Virus record (IMG/VR): IMGVR_UViG_3300017917_002028
Location: 1-60,632 of that record
From: a virus
DNA: 60,632 nucleotides
Direction: 5' to 3' (one strand)
Shown: piece after piece, positions 18,287 to 25,147 of the stretch
How the letters are laid out: every line of letters starts with the position of its first letter
Position numbering within the stretch: position 1 is the stretch's first letter
Program-made: the position numbers and the translations under genes
Notes under the pieces: generated by a model
Seen by the model: the letters and a program-made list of their open reading frames with translations, nothing else
Databases searched by the model: none
Told to the model about the DNA's origin: nothing

Positions 18287-18981
18287 ACTTTCCCCTTGTA
18301 CTTGGGCATGCGGGTGTGCAGCACGTCATGGACGTGGTGCCGGTTGATGTCGCAGGCCGACCGCCCGGCGTACAGCGGGCGGGTGGACTTGAAGCAGACG
18401 AGCTCGACGTGGCCAAACCACTCGTTGGGGTTGCAGGCGGCACGCAGGGCGCAGGCGCGGCGCTCGTTGATGACGCCACCGAGGCCACCGTTGTAGGCGG
18501 CGTCGGTCATGGCCAGGCGGGCGTGCGCGGGTGGAATCAGGGGCGTGAGGCGATTCCAGGTGCTGCGCGACATCAGCACGACGACCCGCATCTGCAGGTC
18601 CGGGCGCTGGTAGACCGTATCCCAGCGCAGTTCGTTGAGGCCGCGCGGATCAAGGCGGCGACTGTCCTGCAGGGCATCGAAGCGGGTGGAGCCGTCGGCA
18701 TTGAAGGCCCGGGTCAACTGCCCGAGGCCGGCGCCTTCTTCGCGGTCGGTTTTGAGGCGGGAGGTCGGGGACCAGCAGCGTGAGTGCTTGAGCGAGATGC
18801 AGGACTCATGCTCGATCAGGGCCGGGAAGTAGTGCGGCATGGGCATGGTGGGCCACACGTCGCGGATCTGGGCGGTGAGCGTGGGCAGGTGCTCGTGGGC
18901 GCGCGGCGGGATGAATGACTCGACCGGCTGCGAGGCAACCGGGAGCGAGACAGCAGCCAGCAGCGCGACCAGTCGTTTCAC
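18283..18981 (-). CDS. Endolysin: secreted (signal-peptide) lytic transglycosylase
   Basis: GTG start at 18979-18981 (GTGA overlap with the holin stop) gives VKRLVALLAAVSLPVASQP... The catalytic-type motif ALIEHESCISL is present. The upstream part of track ORF 18283..19176 is junk overlapping the holin. Confidence 0.8.
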   Translation of the reverse strand: MKRLVALLAAVSLPVASQPVESFIPPRAHEHLPTLTAQIRDVWPTMPMPHYFPALIEHESCISLKHSRCWSPTSRLKTDREEGAGLGQLTRAFNADGSTRFDALQDSRRLDPRGLNELRWDTVYQRPDLQMRVVVLMSRSTWNRLTPLIPPAHARLAMTDAAYNGGLGGVINERRACALRAACNPNEWFGHVELVCFKSTRPLYAGRSACDINRHHVHDVLHTRMPKYKGKV

Positions 18982-19307
18982 CGCTGCACCTGCGCAAAGA
19001 ACAGCAGCAGACCGATCAGCACGAGGGCACGCAGCAGGCAAACGCCCAGATAGGCGATGCCGGCCGCTGTGTTGCCGGTCATGGCTTGGGCGTAAAGCGT
19101 CTCGCTGGACGCGCGGCCCAGCATGGACTTGGCCACGAGGTAGGCCAGGCCGGTGACGAGGAAGGCCTGCAGCCACAACTGCACGCGCAGCAGCGTGTCA
19201 GCGCCACCGCTGGGGTCGGTGGCCAGGAACCACGCCAGCACGGCAGCAGGAATGACGGCGAACTGAACCCAGCGAGCACCGAGGACGGACAGGATCTTGT
19301 TGAGCAC
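18978..19307 (-). CDS. Holin (multi-TM)
   Basis: 109 aa with 3-4 hydrophobic helices. GTG start preceded by TAGGAGAA. Directly upstream of the endolysin. Confidence 0.7.
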   Translation of the reverse strand: MLNKILSVLGARWVQFAVIPAAVLAWFLATDPSGGADTLLRVQLWLQAFLVTGLAYLVAKSMLGRASSETLYAQAMTGNTAAGIAYLGVCLLRALVLIGLLLFFAQVQR

Positions 19308-19317
19308 GCACGTTCTC

Positions 19318-19422
19318 CTAGAGCATGGTCATGCGGATCACCGGCAGCAGGATGTACGCAGCCCAAAGGATGATGGCCACGACACCAGCGGCAGCAATAA
19401 ACGCGAGAAGCCAATCGAACAT
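19318..19422 (-). CDS. Possible 34-aa single-TM peptide (holin partner or antiholin candidate)
   Basis: Hand translation MFDWLLAFIAAAGVVAIILWAAYILLPVIRMTML. It has no convincing SD and is below the ORF-track size cut-off. Confidence 0.35.
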   Translation of the reverse strand: MFDWLLAFIAAAGVVAIILWAAYILLPVIRMTML

Positions 19423-19461
19423 GCTGGCGAGGGTAAGTGCTGTGCTGGAATTTGACGGCGC

Positions 19462-19812
19462 TTACGCCTGTCCGCGCTCTTTGAGCACGGCCATGCCCGA
19501 ATAGACGATCGCGCCCAGCACTTCCTGCTCAAAGGCGGTGCCTTGGCGGGTGCTGGCGGCTTCTTCGAGCTTCTTGGCGGCCTGGCCGGTGAGAAACCCA
19601 CGGCCATGCATGCGGGCGTAGTGCACCCAGGGCTGCGACAGGAAGGGCGTGAGGCCACCGCCGTGACGTTCGCCCTTGCCGTACATCGCCTGCTCGATGG
19701 CGGCCACGAAAACCGGGAACAGCGGGTGTCCCATGACCTCATCGGAGGGCTGATGGGCGTGAACAGCGCCAGGTGGGGCGATCAGAGCGGGGTCAATGTC
19801 GGGTGTTTTCAC
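19462..19812 (-). CDS. Hypothetical all-alpha protein (weak, unverified resemblance to phage NTP-pyrophosphohydrolase-type proteins)
   Basis: 116 aa with a GTG start and GTGA overlap. Contains the motif YGKGERHGG...GFLTGQAAKKLEEA. Confidence 0.55.
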   Translation of the reverse strand: MKTPDIDPALIAPPGAVHAHQPSDEVMGHPLFPVFVAAIEQAMYGKGERHGGGLTPFLSQPWVHYARMHGRGFLTGQAAKKLEEAASTRQGTAFEQEVLGAIVYSGMAVLKERGQA

Positions 19813-20093
19813 CTGAAGAACCTCAAAAATGCGTTTTGCAGGGCGATAGCTGGGTTTTCATCCAGTGTTTTGGGCACGCGGCCCCAGCGAGCGGTGAATT
19901 TCCGGCCGGTGCGCATGACCTTGCCGGTGTTGTTGAGGGCGTTGAGGGCAAAGATCGCCTGCTTGTAGGTCAAGCCGGCGAGCTGCGCGACCTGGTGGCC
20001 CGTCAGCAGGTGGTCGGTGGACTCGATGGCGGCCAACACGCGCATGCGGTAGGTCTGGGTCTTGTGGGTCTTGAGCGAGCGGGCGCTGGCCAT
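19809..20093 (-). CDS. Small winged-helix-like DNA-binding protein
   Basis: 94 aa. The segment LLTGHQVAQLAGLTYKQAIFALNALNNTGKV is HTH-like. Confidence 0.55.
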   Translation of the reverse strand: MASARSLKTHKTQTYRMRVLAAIESTDHLLTGHQVAQLAGLTYKQAIFALNALNNTGKVMRTGRKFTARWGRVPKTLDENPAIALQNAFLRFFR

Positions 20094-20096
20094 CGG

Positions 20097-20528
20097 TCAT
20101 TCGTCCATGGAAGGCGCAACGTCCGGGGACCAGCCGAGGTATCGGCAGAGGATCGATCGCGCCTCCTGCGCCGATCTGGCCACCTTCACGGACCATCCCT
20201 GTTCGTCCAGGTGGTAGAGCCACTCCTTTTGCGAGGCTGAGGTCTGGCCGGTGGCCGACTTCATCTCGATGACCAGGCCGGGGTGCTTGCCCGATCGCAC
20301 GGGCAGGATCAGATCCGGGAAGCCGGGCTTGACGCCCAGGGCCTTCATCTGCGAGCCGGTGAAAGCGTCCCGCTTGCCGCCGTTCGGACTGTGGTGCAGC
20401 CACTTGAGGTCGGGCATCAGCGTGCGCACGGCGACCTTGTGCGACCACTTGATGACGCGGGCCTGCTCGATTTCTTCACCACGGTTGGTGGTGCGGGGGA
20501 CGGTGCGGGGACGGGGGATCGATGCCAT
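20097..20528 (-). CDS. VRR-NUC domain nuclease
   Basis: EEIEQARVIKW...HSPNGGKRD...GFPDLILP...GLVIEMKSATGQTSASQKEW matches the VRR-NUC pattern (PDL...ExK). Confidence 0.8.
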   Translation of the reverse strand: MASIPRPRTVPRTTNRGEEIEQARVIKWSHKVAVRTLMPDLKWLHHSPNGGKRDAFTGSQMKALGVKPGFPDLILPVRSGKHPGLVIEMKSATGQTSASQKEWLYHLDEQGWSVKVARSAQEARSILCRYLGWSPDVAPSMDE

Positions 20529-20599
20529 GGGGCGGCATTGTCCCGAGTGATTAATTTTTACTCAAGCACTGGTCAAACGTACAGGCCTGCTCAACGACC

Positions 20600-20915
20600 C
20601 CGGAAGTCAGCGACCGCTAACGCTCCAGTTCCAGTTCCGAAGTGAGTTCCCGGAACTCAAAATGGCCCGCAAACCCGCATGGTTGGTGGATTCTTGGAGT
20701 GAGTTCCAGAATTCCGGCAGTTCCCCTTCTCTACCCATCCGGGCATCCGGAAATCCGGGGAAGGGTGTGGGTGTCGGAACTCTGGAACTGGGTAGGGAAA
20801 GAGAAGAAAAAAAGAGAGAAATATCTATATATATCAATAACTTACTTACCTACAGGCTGTGGATAACTTGTTCTGGAAATTCTGGAACTTTCCGGAACTG
20901 ACGGAATTTGAGGGG
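20600..20915. promoter_or_regulatory. Candidate replication origin and regulatory hub between the divergent operons
   Basis: Five AGTTCC repeats on the left and five GGAAC repeats on the right. A 15-bp palindrome GAGTTCC-c-GGAACTC lies at 20643-20657. Also present: 3x ATCCGGnn (20737-20760), 4x approximately 10-bp YYGGAAnTTn (20871-20910), and a polypurine plus (TA)n AT-rich core (20794-20850). Confidence 0.5.
20858..20866 (-). promoter_or_regulatory. DnaA-box consensus match
   Basis: Plus strand tgtggataa, which is TTATCCACA on the minus strand (9/9 to the E. coli consensus). It sits next to the AT-rich core. Confidence 0.5.
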
Positions 20916-20992
20916 TGTTGCAAGAAAACTACAGAAAAACTTAATTTATGCCGCATGCGTTGAGATTTCCTCGATAATTTAACTGTGCCCAG

Positions 20993-21007
20993 TTGAGTGG
21001 CACTCAA
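20993..21007. promoter_or_regulatory. Perfect dyad TTGAGTG-g-CACTCAA (operator-like), 37 nt upstream of the first early gene
   Basis: Read directly. A related site TTGAGATTTCCTCGA lies at 20960-20974. Confidence 0.55.
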
Positions 21008-21029
21008 TTAACGAGGAAAGGACTGACCG

Positions 21030-21389
21030 ATGAAGCAATACGAATACGAGGTGCGCAACAAGCGCACGGGGGCCACCAACCAGGTGCGCGTGACAGCCCC
21101 GAACCAGATGTTTGCCTGGGCCGTGGCGTTTGACGAGTACGGCGACCAGTTCGAAGTGGCCGACTTCCCGAAGGCTGTGCGCCCTGCGCATCAGGTCTTG
21201 GGCGAGATCGACGCCACCAACACCGACTACCCCCAGCGCGTGCTGGACCTGGCGGCTCAGGCCTTCGGGATGGCGCCCAAGATCACCGCAAACGTCTGCG
21301 ACTGCTGTGACGCCGAGGTTGCCGAGATCATCGGCGCACCGGACGGCCAGGAGGTTTGCCAGGCCTGCTTCGATGGGGGTGCAGCATGA
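21030..21389 (+). CDS. Early protein with a C-terminal CxxC...CxxC zinc ribbon
   Basis: 119 aa, RBS GAGGAAAGG. Cys pattern ...NVCDCCDAEV...EVCQAC. Confidence 0.7.
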   Translation: MKQYEYEVRNKRTGATNQVRVTAPNQMFAWAVAFDEYGDQFEVADFPKAVRPAHQVLGEIDATNTDYPQRVLDLAAQAFGMAPKITANVCDCCDAEVAEIIGAPDGQEVCQACFDGGAA

Positions 21390-21667
21390 CAACCGTTATC
21401 GAAGCCCGCGCGCGTGAACTTGTCGCCAAGCTCAAAGGTATGGCGATTCACGAGAGCCACTACCAAGACCTTGCCAACGCGCTGCAATCGCAGGATGAAG
21501 TGCGCGCCGCGCATGAACTGACCATCGAAGCCGCGCGAAGCAACTATGCGAGTGACGACATCGAGATCGACGACCTGCCTATGGTGGCCGAGACCGCAGA
21601 CGGTGGCGTATGGGTCAGTGCATGGGTGTGGGTGCCCCTCGAACAAGACGATGGGAGTGCAGCATGA
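21386..21667 (+). CDS. Hypothetical early protein
   Basis: Start at MTTVIEARAREL..., with ATGA overlap onto the upstream stop. Confidence 0.7.
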   Translation: MTTVIEARARELVAKLKGMAIHESHYQDLANALQSQDEVRAAHELTIEAARSNYASDDIEIDDLPMVAETADGGVWVSAWVWVPLEQDDGSAA

Positions 21668-21855
21668 CCTACACCGAAAACGAATACCTGGAGGCTGGCC
21701 GTCGGTATGAGTCGGCCCGCACCGTGGACGCCACCCGGGCGCGCGCCGAGGTGCTGCGCCGGATGCTGGAGCGTGAGGAACTGGACGAGCGGGCGGAAGC
21801 CCGCCGATTGATCGAACAGGGCCGGGCCGAGGCGCGGCAGGGAGTGGTGGCATGA
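21664..21855 (+). CDS. Hypothetical Arg/Glu-rich helical early protein
   Basis: Start at MTYTENEYLEAG..., with ATGA overlap. Confidence 0.6.
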   Translation: MTYTENEYLEAGRRYESARTVDATRARAEVLRRMLEREELDERAEARRLIEQGRAEARQGVVA

Positions 21856-22121
21856 GCACGACCAAACCACTCGAATGGGCCGACCTGTGGGCGGCCATGG
21901 ACGCCCAGCCTGACGCCTGGATACCGACGACCGAGGAAATGTACTGGGACATGCTGGAGGCGGTACCGCCGCGCTGCCAGACCGCCCGGGCGTTCCTGGT
22001 GGGCGAGGCCCGCCGCCATGACTCGAACGGTCATGCCGTGCATGCCTGCTTCAAGCAGGTGGGGTCGGAGTTCTTCGCCAAGCACATGACCGTGGCCGAG
22101 TTTCAGGGGGGTGCGGCATGA
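21852..22121 (+). CDS. Hypothetical early protein
   Basis: 89 aa with ATGA overlap. Confidence 0.7.
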   Translation: MSTTKPLEWADLWAAMDAQPDAWIPTTEEMYWDMLEAVPPRCQTARAFLVGEARRHDSNGHAVHACFKQVGSEFFAKHMTVAEFQGGAA

Positions 22122-22390
22122 GCAAGCACACACCGGGGCCGTGGGAGATCACTGGTGGCTTTGTTGTTGGACCCGCATGTAATGCCATCGCAAAGATCCA
22201 TCAACAGGCGTCGCCGTCGGTGACGCTCGCCAACGCCCGCCTGATTGTCGCCGCGCCCGAGTTGCTGGAGGCTTTGCGCATGATCGCCGCCGAGACGACG
22301 GTGGACGGCACGGAACGCGAAGAACTGTGCGCAACGATCCAAGGCCTTTGCCGCGCAGCCATCGCCAAAGCAACGGGAGGTCAGCCATGA
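22118..22390 (+). CDS. Hypothetical early protein (N-terminal TPGPW motif)
   Basis: 90 aa with ATGA overlap. Confidence 0.7.
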   Translation: MSKHTPGPWEITGGFVVGPACNAIAKIHQQASPSVTLANARLIVAAPELLEALRMIAAETTVDGTEREELCATIQGLCRAAIAKATGGQP

Positions 22391-22512
22391 AACACGACAT
22401 CTTCGAATTCACCACTGCCGGCATGACCCGTGGGCAGCGTGCCTGGCGCGTGCTGTTCCTGCTGGCTTGCATCGTGATGGCCGGGCTGGATCTGTGGGTG
22501 CTGAGGCCATGA
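22387..22512 (+). CDS. 41-aa membrane peptide
   Basis: MKHDIFEFTTAGMTRGQRAWRVLFLLACIVMAGLDLWVLRP, with ATGA overlap. Confidence 0.5.
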   Translation: MKHDIFEFTTAGMTRGQRAWRVLFLLACIVMAGLDLWVLRP

Positions 22513-22541
22513 CGCAGCCTGTGGCCCGGTGAGAGGGGGCC

Positions 22542-22853
22542 ATGGGGTGCGATTGGCACCGACAACAGGAAGAACAAATGGAACACGACGAAAAGACAGG
22601 CGGCCCAGCCTTCCCGGCGATGGAAGTCCGCACGCACGACACGGGCGACATCGTGCACAACGCCAGCCAGGGCATCAGCGTGCGCGATTACTTCGCGGCC
22701 CACGCGCCGATCACCTGGCAGGACGCCATTGAATGGTTGGACACCTACGGTGGCGAAGTTGTCGGTCCGTGGCATCCCGAAAGGATCATGGACACACTGG
22801 TAATGCTGCGCAGCGAGTACGCCGACGCCATGCTGAAAGCGAGGGCGGTATGA
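22542..22853 (+). CDS. Hypothetical early protein (GGPAFP motif)
   Basis: 103 aa. An alternative start at 22578 follows AGGAAG. Confidence 0.65.
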   Translation: MGCDWHRQQEEQMEHDEKTGGPAFPAMEVRTHDTGDIVHNASQGISVRDYFAAHAPITWQDAIEWLDTYGGEVVGPWHPERIMDTLVMLRSEYADAMLKARAV

Positions 22854-23095
22854 ACAACCCAATCGCCAGAAAGATCACAGCCCAAATGTGCGTTGAAGCC
22901 CTCAAAGCCGTGGGTAAATCTATCCCCGCAAAAGAACTGGCCGACTTCATGACGCGCACCGACTCCCGAGCAGTGGCAACAGCCTTGCGCAAGCCCGTGC
23001 GCGATGGCCGAGTCAAGATTATGTACAAGCGCGGGCTTGGGCTTGGCGCTCACTACCGCTTTGTGCGCATGACTGCGAAAGGCGGTGCATCGTGA
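22850..23095 (+). CDS. Small basic protein, possible winged helix
   Basis: Start at MNNPIARKITAQ..., with ATGA overlap. Confidence 0.6.
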   Translation: MNNPIARKITAQMCVEALKAVGKSIPAKELADFMTRTDSRAVATALRKPVRDGRVKIMYKRGLGLGAHYRFVRMTAKGGAS

Positions 23096-23400
23096 ACAGC
23101 CTCCAATTTGCCATGCAACACGTACAAGCCGCTGCACAGGAACACCAGAACTTGGCGACCCAGTGCAATGCCCTTGCCGGACTCATAAAGTCCATGAAGC
23201 GTCCGTCAGATGAGCCGATGCCCGTGGAAACACTGGCAAAGGGTCTTCTGCCCTTTGGGCTGTGCATAGTCCATAAGAGCGCGGTGCTCGACGCCCTGGC
23301 CATCGTCGAACAGACGGACGACGCCGAAGGCCTATCAGGTGACGACTTGCGCCGCCTGGAACGCCGACTCAATGCGGCGCTGAACGGGAGCGCGACATGA
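23092..23400 (+). CDS. Hypothetical early protein
   Basis: 102 aa with ATGA-type overlap. Confidence 0.65.
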   Translation: MNSLQFAMQHVQAAAQEHQNLATQCNALAGLIKSMKRPSDEPMPVETLAKGLLPFGLCIVHKSAVLDALAIVEQTDDAEGLSGDDLRRLERRLNAALNGSAT

Positions 23401-24062
23401 GCATGCGCAAACCCCCGGTATCCGAACAACGGATAGCCTTCGAGTCTTGGTTCAAATCCAGCCACACCAGCGCGAACCTTGTCCGCACCGACAAAGGCTA
23501 CATCGACAACACGACCCGCGTGGCGTGGCGTGCGTGGCAGGCTGCACGCACCGCCATCGAGGCGGCTGAGAAGCAGGAGCCTGTGGCGAATGCGTCAGCG
23601 TGGTTTGCGTTGGTCATGAATGCTGCGGCAGAGCTTGAGGACGCATCACACTGCCTTCGGGATGAAGACGCAAAGCGTGTGGCGATCAGCGGGGCAAAGC
23701 ATTACCGCGATGCAGCCAAAGCCCTCTACACCACCTCACCTGAAGCACAAAAGCGCATCCAAGAACTAGAGGCCGAACTCATGCGGATGCAAGGGCGTGA
23801 ACTCAAGCTGCAAATGGCGCTGAACAAACCCGCAGCACAGCCAGCCTACGACCAAACAGCGCTGGAGCTTTGCGATGTTTGCGGGTGGAAGACGCTGATA
23901 CCCGATGACGGGTGCCTGAACTGCGAGCGTGAAGCCGCAGCACAGCGGCAATGGGTTGGGCTTGAATCCAGCGATTGGAACTCTATCGGATACACCACTG
24001 AATTTCGTCGCGGTGGCGAATGGGCGGACGCCAAGCTGCGCGAGAAGAACAGGGCCGCTTGA
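23397..24062 (+). CDS. Hypothetical early protein with an internal zinc ribbon (CDVCGW...CLNC)
   Basis: 221-aa ORF with an overlapping start. Confidence 0.7.
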   Translation: MSMRKPPVSEQRIAFESWFKSSHTSANLVRTDKGYIDNTTRVAWRAWQAARTAIEAAEKQEPVANASAWFALVMNAAAELEDASHCLRDEDAKRVAISGAKHYRDAAKALYTTSPEAQKRIQELEAELMRMQGRELKLQMALNKPAAQPAYDQTALELCDVCGWKTLIPDDGCLNCEREAAAQRQWVGLESSDWNSIGYTTEFRRGGEWADAKLREKNRAA

Positions 24063-24610
24063 TGACCCGCCTAACCTTCACCAAGCCCGCCGCCCTGGCC
24101 AAGCTGCAGCGCATCCGTGACATGCTGGCCGAGCGTCCGATGAACGTGCACGAGATCGCCCAGGCGCTGCCGATCAGCAAGCGGTGGGCGCTGGAGTATG
24201 TCGCGCACCTGCACGACGCCCACGAGATCCACATCCTGCGCTGGGACAAGCACATCGAGGCCCGCGCCAAACGCCACGCCACTGAGGTCTGGACGCTGTG
24301 CCCGGGGGAAGATGCCCCCCGGCCAGCAGCCGACGACCGCAAGGTGCGCATGCGCCGCGCATGGGATGCAGTCAAGGCCGATCCCGAGCGTCACATGGTC
24401 ACGCTGGCCAAGCGCCGCACGCGCCGCCGCCTCAAGAACCTGCGCCCGGACCCCGCCGCTGCGTGGCTGGTGCCTGCCCCCACTGCCCCCAGTCCTGCCC
24501 CCGCCCCTGCCCGCTGGCCGTTCCCGCTGGGTGGCCCGCCGCCCCAGGACAAACCGGACGGCAGGCGACCACGATTCAACCCGAACAACTGCGAGGATGC
24601 ATTGCTGTGA
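24062..24610 (+). CDS. Putative DNA-binding (winged-helix-like) protein with a Pro-rich tail
   Basis: Start at MTRLTFTKPAALAKLQRIRDMLAERPMNVHEIAQAL..., with a 1-nt overlap onto the upstream stop. Confidence 0.6.
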   Translation: MTRLTFTKPAALAKLQRIRDMLAERPMNVHEIAQALPISKRWALEYVAHLHDAHEIHILRWDKHIEARAKRHATEVWTLCPGEDAPRPAADDRKVRMRRAWDAVKADPERHMVTLAKRRTRRRLKNLRPDPAAAWLVPAPTAPSPAPAPARWPFPLGGPPPQDKPDGRRPRFNPNNCEDALL

Positions 24611-24906
24611 TGTTTGAGCAGAGATCCGTCTACCTGACGTGCGCCCAGGTGGCCGAGCGTCACGGCGTAGACCGCCAATCGATCGCCCGACTGTGCCGCA
24701 TGGGCGCCATCTTCCCGGCCATCAAACACGGCACGGTATGGCTGATCGGGCAGAACTACGTGATTGCCGCGTCCGTGGGCAAGGCCGGGCGCCCGGGCTC
24801 AATGGAGGTAAAGCCGCGGCACTCGCGCCGTGGGCGCCCCAAAGGCGTAAAGAACAGCCGGCCTTACCCGAAGGGTGTCAAACGGCCCCGGAGGAAACCT
24901 CTATAA
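24610..24906 (+). CDS. HTH DNA-binding protein with an AT-hook-like basic tail
   Basis: MFEQRSVYLTCAQVAERHGVDRQSIARLCRMGAIFPAIK..., with C-terminal RRGRPKGVKNSRPYPKGVKRPRRK. Confidence 0.65.
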   Translation: MFEQRSVYLTCAQVAERHGVDRQSIARLCRMGAIFPAIKHGTVWLIGQNYVIAASVGKAGRPGSMEVKPRHSRRGRPKGVKNSRPYPKGVKRPRRKPL

Positions 24907-24936
24907 AAAAGGAACGTAACAAAAAGAGGTACCAAA

Positions 24937-25110
24937 ATGAATAACCAAACCAATCCGCTGATTGCCGAGACACCAATCGAAACCGTCCAGAACGTGACCG
25001 AGGCCATGGAGTCGCTTATGACCCTCATGGCCACGCAGCACAGTGGGCTGTGTCGATTGATGGAGCCGTTGTTGCACGCGCTGCAGCACGCCGCAGATCA
25101 GCAAAAATAA
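24937..25110 (+). CDS. Possible 57-aa protein closing the early operon
   Basis: Hand translation MNNQTNPLIAETPIETVQNVTEAMESLMTLMATQHSGLCRLMEPLLHALQHAADQQK. RBS AGAGG. Below the ORF-track cut-off. Confidence 0.45.
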   Translation: MNNQTNPLIAETPIETVQNVTEAMESLMTLMATQHSGLCRLMEPLLHALQHAADQQK

Positions 25111-25139
25111 AAAAAGGGGCCGTCGGGCCCCTTTCTGTT
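25111..25139. terminator. Bidirectional rho-independent terminator between convergent operons
   Basis: A7-GGGGCC-gtcg-GGCCCC-TTTCTGTT. The flanking A and T runs allow it to serve both strands. Confidence 0.85.
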
Positions 25140-25147
25140 GGGCGGGA

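Noticed and set aside
19462-19812. Calling this product a MazZ-type dATP/dGTP diphosphohydrolase, and hence hinting at a Z-base genome.
   Set aside because: The resemblance is only a vague recollection of a helical motif. No PurZ or other aminoadenine-pathway gene is present. I left it as hypothetical.
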